Virus record (IMG/VR): IMGVR_UViG_3300046471_000229
Direction: 5' to 3' (one strand)
DNA length: 59,819 bases
DNA from: an uncultured virus (IMG/VR IMGVR_UViG_3300046471_000229)
Taxonomy: Duplodnaviria > Heunggongvirae > Uroviricota > Caudoviricetes
Notes under the pieces: generated by a model
What the model saw: only the letters and a program-made list of their open reading frames with translations
What the model was told of the DNA's origin: nothing
Database searches by the model: none
Made by a program: the position numbers and the translations under genes
In this document: one piece after another, positions 1-10,015 of the stretch
How the letters are laid out: each line of letters begins with the position of its first letter
How positions within the stretch are numbered: the first letter of the stretch is position 1

Positions 1-63
1 CGGTTGAAACCGCATCCGTTTTGAACGCCGGTGAAGTAGCCGAACGCACAAAACTGCAGAACG

Positions 64-525
64 ATGCAAACGGAGATCCAACCAATGGCCAATAAATGCG
101 GACACGGTCGTAACTTTTGCATGGAGTGCCACACCCCCTCCACCCCGCCACAACCGGTGGTGACTCCAGACCCTGTGGCCTGGCGTATGTTCAATGGCGA
201 AGGCGGCTACGACTTCACCGATGATGAAGAGACATCTGAGCGCTGGGCGAAGCACTTGGGGGAGAAATACGCCTCCTGGTTGACCAATCTCTACGACCAC
301 CCGGACGCCCCTGAGATCGAGCGGATGAAGCGCGACTTGGTCGACCTACGTGAGAGCAGGATCAAGGAACTTGGGGAGATCCGCAAACTACGCGCCATGC
401 TCACCCAGGCCACCGAACGCATCAAGGACATGTTGCAGGGCGATGATGGGCAAGCCTGGAAAGAGGCTGAGAAATTCATGAAAAGCTATGAAAGCTCAGA
501 CCTGGTAGTTCAAAAAGCAGTTTGA
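64..525 (+). CDS. Hypothetical protein, phage/plasmid type
   Basis: 153-aa ORF with N-terminal Cys cluster (CGHGRNFCMEC), a PVAW motif and a coiled-coil-like C-terminus. Confidence 0.7.
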   Translation: MQTEIQPMANKCGHGRNFCMECHTPSTPPQPVVTPDPVAWRMFNGEGGYDFTDDEETSERWAKHLGEKYASWLTNLYDHPDAPEIERMKRDLVDLRESRIKELGEIRKLRAMLTQATERIKDMLQGDDGQAWKEAEKFMKSYESSDLVVQKAV

Positions 526-583
526 TTCTTGTTTGTTTCGATCCTGTGCCGGCTTTCTCGGCACAGGCTTCACGCGAATGGCC

Positions 584-1024
584 TTAGTGGCGACTGGCAG
601 GCGTGTGGTGGTAGCTGCCTTTGGCAATGGCCAGGAACTTGTGAAGGCTCGCCCTGCCGATTTCCCTTTTAAACGAGGACACCACGTAGGTGCTGTTCAT
701 CGTGGTCAGTACCCAGAAACGGCCCTGCTTTTCAGCCCGTTGAATGTCTGAGGTGCGGATGCGATGGCCGTCCACGAAACGCCCTGTAAAAGCGTTCTGA
801 TTTTTGTGCTCAAACGTGACACCGACGGCAGTACAGGACGTGATGAACACATCACTCAAAAACGCGGTCACAGGTGTGTCAAAAACCTGAGCCTTCGCAC
901 GCTCAAGTCGCTTTTGATGAAAGGCCGTGTGCCGCTTCTCGTGCACTTCAAGATCGATATTTTGAACCACTGCATAACTCCTTGCCTGTATAGTTAAGGT
1001 TCCTAATTTCCTGCACCTGATCAT
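584..1024 (-). CDS. Hypothetical protein
   Basis: 146-aa ORF containing GRFVDGHRIRTS...TMNSTYVV; true start may be downstream of 1024. Confidence 0.6.
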   Translation of the reverse strand: MIRCRKLGTLTIQARSYAVVQNIDLEVHEKRHTAFHQKRLERAKAQVFDTPVTAFLSDVFITSCTAVGVTFEHKNQNAFTGRFVDGHRIRTSDIQRAEKQGRFWVLTTMNSTYVVSSFKREIGRASLHKFLAIAKGSYHHTPASRH

Positions 1025-1102
1025 AGTTTTTTTGGCGATAGAAAAGGCTTTGATCGTAGGTTTTTAAATGATTTTTTATCCAACATTCAGGTTGGCCAGG
1101 AA

Positions 1103-1393
1103 GTGATCTTGAACGAGACGACGGCTAAATTGGTGTACAGCGTGCTGATCGACGAATGCGGTGCCCTGCCATCCGCCGAGAGCGCATTCACCCTGGCGTT
1201 CACCGAGGAAAATCCACCTCGCGAATTCCGCATCAATGGAAAGCTGGGGTTCGGCGGAAAATTCCGATTCCCAGGAATGTCTGTAGACTGCTACCCCGAA
1301 GATCACACCCCGGCCAGGGCAGTAATGATGCAGCAGGCGAACGACCGCCTTCGCTCAATTAATGAAATTGTGCTCAGTCAGCCTGTTTTCTGA
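1103..1393 (+). CDS. Hypothetical protein
   Basis: 96-aa ORF with a REFRINGKLGFGGKF motif. Confidence 0.65.
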   Translation: MILNETTAKLVYSVLIDECGALPSAESAFTLAFTEENPPREFRINGKLGFGGKFRFPGMSVDCYPEDHTPARAVMMQQANDRLRSINEIVLSQPVF

Positions 1394-1536
1394 TCCTCGC
1401 TGGCGCCAGTAATGCGATAGCCGGCGCACCAGAGATCAATTCGAAAAAACCACTTACCGTCATGGAGACCCGCGCCCACCCGGAGCATGCGGTTATTCGG
1501 GTCGAGGGGGATTTTCGTAAACTTCAGGTTTTTCAT
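1378..1536 (-). CDS. Small protein (52 aa) absent from the ORF track
   Basis: AAGAGG RBS before ATG at 1536; translates MKNLKFTKIPLDPNNRMLRVGAGLHDGKWFFRIDLWCAGYRITGASEDQKTG*. Confidence 0.6.
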   Translation of the reverse strand: MKNLKFTKIPLDPNNRMLRVGAGLHDGKWFFRIDLWCAGYRITGASEDQKTG

Positions 1537-1583
1537 TTGAGCCTCTTTGTTTTTATTTTTATTGGGCTTAATTCATTGCATGA

Positions 1584-2321
1584 TCAGGGCGCGTAGCCGT
1601 CGACCTCGTAGTCCCAGCGCTTTTCCAAGCGCTGATGCAGGTTCACCACACGACGCTTTTTAAAGTTGATCTCACCCTGGATGGTCAACCCCGTCGAACT
1701 CTTAATGGCAACGTCGAACATGCTGGAAATGCTTGGGGTCGTCTCAGCAAGTCGTGTAAGCACCTTTCCGAGTGAAAATAGCAACTCGCTGATCCCTTTG
1801 GTATTTTCAGGATTGAGGTAGCGAGCCTTCGTCTCCATAAATTCGTCCAGGATGCCGGTTACCTCAGCTCGTAAGGCTAAGTGCTCGTCTTCTGACAGGC
1901 CTGCCGGCCCACCGAACCCAACCTGGCCTTTCTCCAGCTCACGCTGATCTTTTATGCAACCACCATTGGGGAGATCATCTAGCTCCAAAAAGAAGAGCCT
2001 CGCTTTCTCCTCAACCGTCGACGCAATCATGAAAATCGTGCGCTCTTGCACAATCGTCATTTCGTAAAATGGGGCTTTGGCCGCAGCGAGTACAACTTCT
2101 GAGAGATCCAAAACGTCATCTGTATTTCTGACTTCTTTGTCTTTCAGCGATCCAATTCCAATGGATCCCAGGTAATGACTTCCAGCCATCACGGCAGCAT
2201 GATTGGCAGATACATGGAGCTTCTCTGTTTTGTCGCTGGAGATTTCTCCGCCGACAGTTGATCGTGTATCTGAGATGACGACTGAGTGTGTCCCGAGGTG
2301 CATCCCGATGATGATTGTCAT
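1584..2321 (-). CDS. Ntn-hydrolase / proteasome-beta-like protein (putative)
   Basis: Begins M-T-IIIG...VISDTRST, resembling the N-terminal Thr nucleophile and first strands of T1-family peptidases. Confidence 0.5.
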   Translation of the reverse strand: MTIIIGMHLGTHSVVISDTRSTVGGEISSDKTEKLHVSANHAAVMAGSHYLGSIGIGSLKDKEVRNTDDVLDLSEVVLAAAKAPFYEMTIVQERTIFMIASTVEEKARLFFLELDDLPNGGCIKDQRELEKGQVGFGGPAGLSEDEHLALRAEVTGILDEFMETKARYLNPENTKGISELLFSLGKVLTRLAETTPSISSMFDVAIKSSTGLTIQGEINFKKRRVVNLHQRLEKRWDYEVDGYAP

Positions 2322-2333
2322 GTACCGAACGCC

Positions 2334-2753
2334 TTATGGTGTGGGGGTCGAATTGTCGGATTTTAGAGCTTTTTCTTGTCGGGCCAGGATCGTCCTTATC
2401 GGATTCCCCTTCACCTCGATGACGGCCTTGAGCTCCAAACCAAGCTTGGTCGCGGCGAACCACCGGTGATGGCCATCCTCAAGCTCGAAGACGCCATCCT
2501 CGCTGACTGAGACCTCAACAGGCTCATCAAAGATGACCGACCTGACCCAGGCCATGCCGTCCTGCTCAAACTTGTATTGAGGGTTACCCAGGTCTTCTTT
2601 CCATTTGATCCGGAGTTCCGAGGGCTTGAACGTGCAAATGTCACCGCCCTTGCAGCCGTAGGCCAGAACATCGAGCTCGTCGACGTCCATATCTTCCAGT
2701 TCTCTCTGGGTGTAGATCTTGTCCAGCGATTGCGTCGGACGTGGTTTTCTCAC
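2334..2753 (-). CDS. ParB/Srx-like domain protein
   Basis: PVEV...FELEDGHHRWFAA motif. Confidence 0.65.
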   Translation of the reverse strand: MRKPRPTQSLDKIYTQRELEDMDVDELDVLAYGCKGGDICTFKPSELRIKWKEDLGNPQYKFEQDGMAWVRSVIFDEPVEVSVSEDGVFELEDGHHRWFAATKLGLELKAVIEVKGNPIRTILARQEKALKSDNSTPTP

Positions 2754-3463
2754 AACGAGAATTCCTCGTCATCCAGGTTTGATGTGTCTTCTGGCTCGAC
2801 ATCAAAGCTAGCACGGAAGGCCTTGCCGTCATCGTTCAGGCTGGTGGAATGCTCAATGTGACCATAGACTTTCTGAGCCCGGTTGAACAACTCGGTAGCA
2901 AGTCCGTGCCGGCGCATCCGGCTATGCACGTAGAGCGAATCGACGACTCCATTGTCAATTCGTAGACCGGCCACCACCTCCCCATCACGATAAAGTCTGA
3001 AGCGTGGGCGGTCGCCCATCACGCAGTCCAGATCGTAGTCGATTTCAACAAGCTCCCCTTCGAAACCGAATGAACCGCCGATGCGGGCGTCGTTTGGCTT
3101 GAGCAGCACCCTGGCAGCGCCGTTTTCCATCATGTGTTCGTAGGCGAATCGGTCTAGCGGTTCAACGTAGGTGGGCGCTTGACCGTCATGGGTGAAGAAT
3201 AACTCGAAACCGGCCCGCTGCAAGAAGACGACTGGCTCAGCATCAGTTTCAACCTTGTAGGCGCCAGCCCAATCGTCAACCGAGATGTAATCATCCAGCG
3301 TCTCCCCGTCTTCAAGCAAGCTGCTGAGCTCACACGCCTCTGAGAGTTCTTCAAAGGTAATTCGCTCAGCCTTGGCCATCAGCGTATGCCAGACCTGATC
3401 GCCGTCATCATTGACCCGTAGGCGGTCGCAGGAAAGAGCGTACTGGAGCTTATTCTCGGCCAT
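2750..3463 (-). CDS. GNAT-domain-containing protein
   Basis: Likely ATG at 3463 with AAGG RBS (MAENKLQY...); C-terminal LYVHSRMRRHGLATELF acetyl-CoA-binding motif. Confidence 0.65.
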   Translation of the reverse strand: MAENKLQYALSCDRLRVNDDGDQVWHTLMAKAERITFEELSEACELSSLLEDGETLDDYISVDDWAGAYKVETDAEPVVFLQRAGFELFFTHDGQAPTYVEPLDRFAYEHMMENGAARVLLKPNDARIGGSFGFEGELVEIDYDLDCVMGDRPRFRLYRDGEVVAGLRIDNGVVDSLYVHSRMRRHGLATELFNRAQKVYGHIEHSTSLNDDGKAFRASFDVEPEDTSNLDDEEFSL

Positions 3464-3648
3464 GTGAGTCGTCCTTCTTACGAGTACTGTATCTCTACAT
3501 GATAGGCATTGAGCGATGGTGCCGGGAAGCGACAGGTTTACCCAAATCAATGATTCGGAGGGATTTTCCGACCCAGTGAGGATTGGCCTGCGCGCTTGCC
3601 CTGACGCTTTCTCGATCCCTATACTGCTAAAAAGCATTGGAGAGCGTC

Positions 3649-4761
3649 ATGAGCATGCAAACAAGCCAACACCGGGGTGCATACGCACTGGAATTCCTAC
3701 GCGCACCAAACCTGACTGCTCGCCTCGATGTCGCCATCGAAAATGATGTGATCGTTGACATACTTGAAAGCGCCAAGCACTTGGCCGGTCTGATCACCCC
3801 TTCCGAGAACGCAAGTTACTGGATCAAAAAATACGAAATCCAACCTTCAGACATGTCACTGATCCAAAAATTGACGAAGGTTGATGAGGACAGGTTGACC
3901 AATCAAGGGCAAAAGGCCCTGATGGCACTGATAAAAGCACTGCTTGATCCAGCATTGTCTGCCGCTGCGAAGAATTTTAATGGTGCACCACCAATAAAAA
4001 TCGAGCAAGGCAGTCTCTACCACGGCCTGGATCAATCAAAAGCTCATCTAACACCAGGCGATCCCGAAGAATTCGGGATTTATCCAAGAGAGCAGCGTCA
4101 TCGCTCAATGATCACTGAATATGTGATGACAAACGCAGATTGCTTTAAAGCCGTTGCAATGGGCGGTTATGTTCGTAAATTTCCTGATCTTAAACGTCCG
4201 ATCAACAGCTACGATATGCAAGGCCTCAGCCTAGACGCTGTCAGTGGCGATTACACTATGTTCAAAGACAAGGCGGTCAAAACCGTCATGAGCCTGCCGA
4301 ACACCTTTTCAGAGGTGTCCAGGAAAGATTTCTCCATTGCTTACCTCAAAGCTGCTGAGCAACCAAGGGCGCTTGCTGCTTTCGCTCTAGTGGCCCTGGG
4401 ATCTGTTTCGATGAGCATCCCAGATGAATACGAAAAACAAAGGTTCATGGCGCTCTTGAAGGGTAAGCTATGGGGCCATAAAGGTGAGTTCCTTATCTCT
4501 GCTAAGGAGTTCACCGTCAATGAGTTCTCTTCAAATCCGTTAACGGTGAATGAGATCAAGGCGTTGCCATTTTTGCTGGGCCATCACCAGGAAGTCTACG
4601 CTGAGGTGGAACACAATCACGCCGCTCACGCCGAAGCATGCGTAACCAAACTGCGCACAGCTGGTTATGATTTTGCCGCTGACCGCATCCTGGACAATCA
4701 GGTTCAGAAAGTAGTAAAGCCGGCACGAGAACGTGACGACGAACCAAGCTTCGGCATGTGA
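3649..4761 (+). CDS. Hypothetical protein
   Basis: ~370-aa ORF, GGAG RBS before ATG 3649; ends RERDDEPSFGM. Confidence 0.75.
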   Translation: MSMQTSQHRGAYALEFLRAPNLTARLDVAIENDVIVDILESAKHLAGLITPSENASYWIKKYEIQPSDMSLIQKLTKVDEDRLTNQGQKALMALIKALLDPALSAAAKNFNGAPPIKIEQGSLYHGLDQSKAHLTPGDPEEFGIYPREQRHRSMITEYVMTNADCFKAVAMGGYVRKFPDLKRPINSYDMQGLSLDAVSGDYTMFKDKAVKTVMSLPNTFSEVSRKDFSIAYLKAAEQPRALAAFALVALGSVSMSIPDEYEKQRFMALLKGKLWGHKGEFLISAKEFTVNEFSSNPLTVNEIKALPFLLGHHQEVYAEVEHNHAAHAEACVTKLRTAGYDFAADRILDNQVQKVVKPARERDDEPSFGM

Positions 4762-4782
4762 TTAACTAATCGCATCCAAAAG

Positions 4783-4809
4783 AAAAGGCCACCGTCAGGT
4801 GGCCTTTTT
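4783..4809. terminator. Bidirectional intrinsic terminator
   Basis: AAAAGGCCACC-GTCA-GGTGGCCTTTT between convergent genes. Confidence 0.85.
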
Positions 4810-4931
4810 ACATCTACCTTGCCCTTGGATCTTCAGGGGTGCTCTTAACCGTTCTGACGATTTTGCCCAAGCGCCTACGAGTCAATCCTACCTACAACGA
4901 ACACACGGTGTCTATCCACCGGTGATACCGA

Positions 4932-5384
4932 TCAGCTCAAGGCATTGACCTTGGCCACAGCATTGGCCCGGCGAGCAGCTTCGGCCACTTCCTTCGTCAC
5001 AACCGTCTTGCCGATTGGCGCCAGGGAAATCCCAGCCAGCTTCAAGTGCTGGATGCCAAACGGAATCCCGATGATCGAGATGAAGCACAGAAGCGCCGAG
5101 GCAACATGTCCAAGCGCAAGCCAAAAACCGGCGAAGACGAACCAGATCACGTTACCCAGCAGACCAAAACCGCTGTTGCCGACATCAACCGTCCGACTTA
5201 ACTCGCTGCGGCTGATAGCCTCGTTCCCGAAAGGAAAGAACGAGAACTGGCCCATCACGAAACATGCCTTACCCCAAGGGATGCCGACGATAGTTAAGAA
5301 GCACGCGGCGCCGATCAACCACCAGGCCAGACCCATGAAAACACCGCCCAGGATGAACCAAAGAAAGTTGCCAATTGAACGCAT
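4932..5384 (-). CDS. yccF: YccF family inner membrane protein
   Basis: Two repeats of GN.LW..(L/F).G...A......TI.GIP.G....K....PFG/PIG. Confidence 0.9.
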   Translation of the reverse strand: MRSIGNFLWFILGGVFMGLAWWLIGAACFLTIVGIPWGKACFVMGQFSFFPFGNEAISRSELSRTVDVGNSGFGLLGNVIWFVFAGFWLALGHVASALLCFISIIGIPFGIQHLKLAGISLAPIGKTVVTKEVAEAARRANAVAKVNALS

Positions 5385-5449
5385 TGCATTTCCCCATGCC
5401 GGTGGTGTTCCGACAGCAGTTGTGGAAGCCGTGGGTGACTTACCCAGGC

Positions 5450-5791
5450 TTATCGACGCGTGATCGCCTCTTTGTACAATTTTAAGAATACCCGCTTCTG
5501 GTAAGCCAAGCTTTTTTCAGCTGTTAACCCCGTCACGTCACATAAGAAATCCACACAGTCATCGACGCTGAGATACGGATCCCCGTCATTGTCTCGCAAA
5601 ACCATATGTGGGTACTTCAGCTTGTCTTGCTCTAGCACTACAGGATCCGCTGTGCACACCGATGCTCCGCATAAATGCAGATAACGCGCCATCGCCTGCT
5701 CAAGGCTTTCAATAGCCCAAGGCATCAATGCGGCGAGGATGTTGTCCGCTTCCTGCGAAGTCATGGGCAACACTTCAGAAATCCGGCTCAT
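5450..5791 (-). CDS. Hypothetical protein (DC.DFL...TGL motif family)
   Basis: 113-aa ORF; motif shared with 13961..14305 and the N-terminus of 14465..15940. Confidence 0.65.
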   Translation of the reverse strand: MSRISEVLPMTSQEADNILAALMPWAIESLEQAMARYLHLCGASVCTADPVVLEQDKLKYPHMVLRDNDGDPYLSVDDCVDFLCDVTGLTAEKSLAYQKRVFLKLYKEAITRR

Positions 5792-6014
5792 GAGTGAGTC
5801 CTTTTAAGAATGAATGTTTGGCCAGCTGGCGCTTGCGATCTTCCAGCTGTTCTGCGGTCAGGTACCGGCCCAGTTGGAGATTCAAGTTACTGCGGCAGTA
5901 TGAACGCACGAGTTTATGAGCCAGGGCCTTTGAAGCCTCCTCAGTGTTGCTCGCCGGCATAACGACGAATGAGGGAAACAACGAGTTCAGCAACCTTTTC
6001 AGCTTAAATCTCAT
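5775..6014 (-). CDS. Hypothetical protein
   Basis: 79-aa ORF overlapping the next gene in an operon-like array. Confidence 0.6.
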   Translation of the reverse strand: MRFKLKRLLNSLFPSFVVMPASNTEEASKALAHKLVRSYCRSNLNLQLGRYLTAEQLEDRKRQLAKHSFLKGLTHEPDF

Positions 6015-6046
6015 CTTGGCACCGCCTACGCTAGCTTCTGAACCTG

Positions 6047-6550
6047 TTAATCAAGCCTCTTTAGCCAACTTTTGAATCGATCCAAATAGCGCCCGACGAA
6101 AAAGAGAAATCGATTGAGCAGATCCGTTTCCCTTGAGGCACCCTGAAGGGCCGCCGCAATGTCTTGGACGATTTTCACGTTTGGATGAAAAGCCCAAGAA
6201 CCCAGGGGACGATAGGTCTCAGGATCGATTTTAACCCCAGGGGCCACAACGTAGACCTTCACACCTACGGCCAGGGCCATGCCGACCTCAACCAATGCGC
6301 CTTTTAGGGGGAAGTCGTCTGGCTCAACGTACAGAATCAAGCGCTCGGCGGAGCAAACCTCGCCCTGGATTTTATGCCAAAGACCGCCCAGATCATCAAG
6401 TTCGCTTTCCCCTGTTGCATCGATCCAGGAGCAGCGTACATCCCAACCGACTTCACGCAGGCGCCGCCAGGCGGCAGAGCGTTCTGGAATGCTTGCCCGA
6501 CTGGCGATGTAGATGCCCTTGCGCTGGGTCGTTTGCTGATCAAAGCTCAT
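6047..6550 (-). CDS. Nucleoside 2-deoxyribosyltransferase-like protein
   Basis: IYIAS N-terminal motif and GALVEVGMALA motif; likely ATG at 6550. Confidence 0.55.
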   Translation of the reverse strand: MSFDQQTTQRKGIYIASRASIPERSAAWRRLREVGWDVRCSWIDATGESELDDLGGLWHKIQGEVCSAERLILYVEPDDFPLKGALVEVGMALAVGVKVYVVAPGVKIDPETYRPLGSWAFHPNVKIVQDIAAALQGASRETDLLNRFLFFVGRYLDRFKSWLKRLD

Positions 6551-6863
6551 TCGGACGTGGCTCCTGCTGTTGGCGCTGATTACGTTTTTTCCACTCGGCG
6601 TAAGCCTCATCTCCCAGGCTCCAAGCTTGAATCTCTTCTTTACGCGACATCATGTCTGCAAAGGAGTTTTCGTCGCGCATTAGATCCAGGTGATCAGGCA
6701 GGATTCGCTTAGAAATACCGGTTTTCAACGGCCCGGAGCTGTTGGCCTCACGCTTGTTCCCGTTCCACCACCAATTTATCGACATTGTTACCAACTCTGA
6801 TACCGGGTTAAGAGTTTTCAGCGAACAGTCAAGCTGTTCGCGGTGGTGTGTACTCGGTTTCAT
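6540..6863 (-). CDS. Hypothetical protein
   Basis: ORF overlapping the downstream gene start; true start uncertain. Confidence 0.4.
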   Translation of the reverse strand: MKPSTHHREQLDCSLKTLNPVSELVTMSINWWWNGNKREANSSGPLKTGISKRILPDHLDLMRDENSFADMMSRKEEIQAWSLGDEAYAEWKKRNQRQQQEPRPNEL

Positions 6864-7029
6864 TGATGTCTGGCATGCTCTCCCACTTATCGAACTTATC
6901 AGTCCTGGGATTCATCGTGGAGTACCAGACGGCGCCTTCACTGTCCAAGCCAAAAACAACCGGTACATAGGGCTCACCTCCGACGGATGATGCCGGGATT
7001 GCTGCGATCTGAACAAATTTGCGTGACAT
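6829..7029 (-). CDS. Small hypothetical protein
   Basis: 66 aa, GAGGAG RBS. Confidence 0.6.
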   Translation of the reverse strand: MSRKFVQIAAIPASSVGGEPYVPVVFGLDSEGAVWYSTMNPRTDKFDKWESMPDINETEYTPPRTA

Positions 7030-7042
7030 AACGACTCCTCTG

Positions 7043-7288
7043 CTACTGAAAATCCTGCATTTCGCCGCTGGCGCCCTTGAAGACCTTGCAGCAATTGATG
7101 TCGACCGTCCCTGCCTTCCCTTCCAGCTCTACGACGGGTGAGTGCCCATTGAGCAGGTACGCCGGCGAGCGGGTACGGTATTGCTTCTTAGCGGCAGCCG
7201 GGTAAGGGCGGAACTCGATGACGGTGATGCCCACCTCTACCCGCTTGTTCCAGGTATCCACCTGGTGCTGGGGTTTATTACCGATCAT
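7043..7288 (-). CDS. Hypothetical protein
   Basis: ATG at 7288 overlaps the upstream stop (ATGA); QVDTWNKRVEVG...TRSPAYLLNGHSPVVELEG. Confidence 0.6.
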   Translation of the reverse strand: MIGNKPQHQVDTWNKRVEVGITVIEFRPYPAAAKKQYRTRSPAYLLNGHSPVVELEGKAGTVDINCCKVFKGASGEMQDFQ

Positions 7289-7755
7289 GAGGCCATTGCA
7301 GTCGGGTGAATCACGTTGTAACCCATCTTGTGGGCGGCCTTGCGCAGGCGCAGTGCAAACGAAGCACGGTCGACCGAGGAGTCGTTGCTTGGCCACACCG
7401 TGCGCCCGAAGAAGTCTGCCACCACGTTTGCAATCAAATAAGAGTCCTGATTGCCCGTGCCGCTCTTGGCCGATTCCGCCTTGGCCAGGTCACTGGTGGT
7501 ATAACGCGCCAGGCGAGCCCGCTCCGCAGGATAGAGCGAGAACATCCCCTGCAACTCCGGTTCTGACAGGTAGATCCCTGTGAGCTTGCCGATGTAACTG
7601 CAGGTGCCGGCCACTGCAAGCCCCTCTGGCAGCTTTCCAGCGCCTTCAAGGTTCGAGCGCATGCGAAGGCTTCGTTCTGCCACGTGCGCCTGCTGTGCAA
7701 GCTCCTGCTCAGGCAGAGCCATGAATTCTTCAGGGTTGTAGACTGGCATGACCAC
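7285..7755 (-). CDS. Hypothetical protein (YP..R..LA / WP paralog family)
   Basis: Similar to 38987..39691, 39724..40155 and the C-terminus of 17782..18435. Confidence 0.75.
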   Translation of the reverse strand: MVMPVYNPEEFMALPEQELAQQAHVAERSLRMRSNLEGAGKLPEGLAVAGTCSYIGKLTGIYLSEPELQGMFSLYPAERARLARYTTSDLAKAESAKSGTGNQDSYLIANVVADFFGRTVWPSNDSSVDRASFALRLRKAAHKMGYNVIHPTAMAS

Positions 7756-7903
7756 TTTCTCCAGAAACGGAACTTTTAAGGTGACGGTGGATTATGTTTA
7801 AAGTCAGATAATTGTCAAGAATTGACAGAAGTGAAAGACTGCAACCTGTCCGTTACGGGCCTGTTCTCCTCATGTAACATAATTTAAAACAGAGGGCTTA
7901 AAA

Positions 7904-8398
7904 TTGAGTCAGCACAAACCCGTAATGGTGGCTTATCAGGTCGTTGCTCAAATCGTGAATCGAAATGATTTCGACCACTACAAAAAATGCGAGAAGGTGA
8001 CAGTCGACGACGAAGCTTACGTTCTGGATCTGTTGACCAGGTACAAGCGCAGTGAAAACGATGGACTTGAAGTTTCTCATCTCTCCCTTGAAAAATTGGG
8101 GCCCGATATTTGGCAGGCAACAATCGAGGCCGTTGTGGTCGACGAGTCAGACCTTAAGGAGCGGGCGATCATCGCAGCCAAGGACTCTACTGCCGAAGGT
8201 GAGCTTCTGAATAAAGAACTGGAATGGCTCGACGCCGACGCCTCAGTTACCCAGATGGTCGCCGAGGTGGTAACCATTTCGAACGACGCAAATCGTTTCT
8301 GCTATGGGATCGAGATAGGTGTTATCCATACCGTAAAGCCGACACACACTTCCTTTCCAAAAATACGCTGCGATGAGAATTCTTCGCCTTCACCCTGA
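7904..8398 (+). CDS. Hypothetical protein
   Basis: 164-aa ORF, TTG start after a GAGG RBS; ends DENSSPSP. Confidence 0.7.
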   Translation: MSQHKPVMVAYQVVAQIVNRNDFDHYKKCEKVTVDDEAYVLDLLTRYKRSENDGLEVSHLSLEKLGPDIWQATIEAVVVDESDLKERAIIAAKDSTAEGELLNKELEWLDADASVTQMVAEVVTISNDANRFCYGIEIGVIHTVKPTHTSFPKIRCDENSSPSP

Positions 8399-8399
8399 G

Positions 8400-8951
8400 T
8401 CACAGCCCGTGCTTGGCAAGGAGCGCCTTGCACGCTAGCGCCATCCAGACTTCCGTTACACTCGGTTGGCCGTGCGGGTTTGAGATCGCCCCTTCCACGA
8501 TGGTGCCTTGGTGATTATCCCAGAAGGCCTTGATTTCACGGAGCTTGTCCATACCGCCTGACTTGTTGTGATGGATGTAGCGTTTCAGGCCGTATGGAGA
8601 CACCGGCGTGTAGCCATTGATCGCGAGCTCCCCGCGAACGATACTGTTGTAGGTACACCACATGAGCGTACCGTCCGGTCGCTCTTCATACTCATTTAGC
8701 ATTGCCTTGGCGTCCTCAGCTTCCGCTGGCGACTTGGGCTTCAATTCGGAAAAGAAGTCTTCCCCGCTGCCCGAACCAGACCATGGATCGGCCACCGGCG
8801 CCTTGTCGAGCCGAATGTCGATGATCGTCCAGCAGCGGGTGCCCTCGTACAGAGTCATGGCCGCTAGCACCTGCTTTTCAGCGTCGGCGTTTTTACCGTG
8901 ATCCACCAGCAACGAGATCCTCCCCTTCTCAATCGAAAACTTGGTTTTCAT
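8400..8951 (-). CDS. Hypothetical protein, paralog of 49511..50083
   Basis: Shared CW..VDIRL, AKAML.E.EER.DG.L.WC and VRGE..GY.PV motifs. Confidence 0.75.
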   Translation of the reverse strand: MKTKFSIEKGRISLLVDHGKNADAEKQVLAAMTLYEGTRCWTIIDIRLDKAPVADPWSGSGSGEDFFSELKPKSPAEAEDAKAMLNEYEERPDGTLMWCTYNSIVRGELAINGYTPVSPYGLKRYIHHNKSGGMDKLREIKAFWDNHQGTIVEGAISNPHGQPSVTEVWMALACKALLAKHGL

Positions 8952-9571
8952 GCTGCCCCTGGTCTGCTTGAAGGGAAGTCGGTGGCCAGGTATTGCTCAA
9001 CAGCGGTGGCCATCCAATCCGGAAACTGCGCTCGTCGTTCACAGAAAGCACGCCAATCATCCGGCGTAAGTGTCCGACGAAGTCGCTTAAGAGTTTCAGG
9101 CAGGTCAGACGAGCCGCACCATTGTACCGCTCGGGCCGCGTCGCCCAGAATTCCGCCACCCAGGGCGAGCGTCCAACACCTGGTGTGCCGTAACTCAACC
9201 TGGGCGCGATTAATGGCTAAAACCCTGGTCACCCCTGACGTCAAAAAGATTGATCTCATCGGAACGTGAAGGGTCAAGCCCAGGCGGTTAGCGCACTTGC
9301 CACCCTCGCTGACGATTGTCTCACCAGTACGCCTTGCCACCGCATCAATGAGGTATGGAATAGATGGCCCACGGAGGCCGAACCTTGTCGCTATTCGCCT
9401 GACATACAATCCCCGGTCGATCCGAAGCAACTCTCCGTTCTTGCACAGGTGAGATAAGCACCTCGCCACACCAGCACGGGGCCCGAGGTGCAGCAGATCA
9501 CCAGCGGAGTGTATTTCCCCCTCCGGCGCCTGGTCGAAAATGGTGAGGATTGCGGTGGCCATCGGAGTCAT
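8948..9571 (-). CDS. DUF6088 family / AbiEi-like wHTH protein
   Basis: DLLHLGPRAGVARCLS.L...GELLRIDRGLY...G..CANRLGLT.HVP....LTSG. Confidence 0.75.
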   Translation of the reverse strand: MTPMATAILTIFDQAPEGEIHSAGDLLHLGPRAGVARCLSHLCKNGELLRIDRGLYVRRIATRFGLRGPSIPYLIDAVARRTGETIVSEGGKCANRLGLTLHVPMRSIFLTSGVTRVLAINRAQVELRHTRCWTLALGGGILGDAARAVQWCGSSDLPETLKRLRRTLTPDDWRAFCERRAQFPDWMATAVEQYLATDFPSSRPGAA

Positions 9572-9593
9572 CTGTTGTGTCTCGAGGTGTTGG

Positions 9594-9962
9594 TCAGGAG
9601 ATATTGAGCGCCACGACGCCTTCAGCGGTATCCCATGCCGACCAACCAAGCGTAGGTAGGATGGAAAGCAAACGGTCAAAGAAAGGCTCGACCTCGGTGG
9701 GTGCTGGGCCCTCTGGACAATTATCTTCTATTTTGAACTCGGCCCAAGAAACCTGAACGCCCTCAGCGTCCGCTTTCCCGATAAATACGACCATTTTGTT
9801 GGCCTCAACCAAAGGGTTGATGTCGATGGTCAAACCGACCGCCCTCACCTCGTCCGCCAGGGCTGAAAACGCTTTGGTCGCCTCGAGTTGATTACGGGCA
9901 AAGAAAGCATCAGCAACGTCAATTGCGGCGGATTTTCCATATACGGCTGTCACATGAGGCAT
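9594..9962 (-). CDS. Hypothetical protein
   Basis: 122-aa ORF in the co-directional cluster. Confidence 0.65.
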   Translation of the reverse strand: MPHVTAVYGKSAAIDVADAFFARNQLEATKAFSALADEVRAVGLTIDINPLVEANKMVVFIGKADAEGVQVSWAEFKIEDNCPEGPAPTEVEPFFDRLLSILPTLGWSAWDTAEGVVALNIS

Positions 9963-10015
9963 GCTCGGGTCTCACTAAAAGTCTGTGGAACAGGGATTCA
10001 ACTCTGCTCAAAGCC

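Noticed and set aside
8948..9571. Complete type IV toxin-antitoxin system
   Set aside because: No adjacent AbiEii-type nucleotidyltransferase was recognised.
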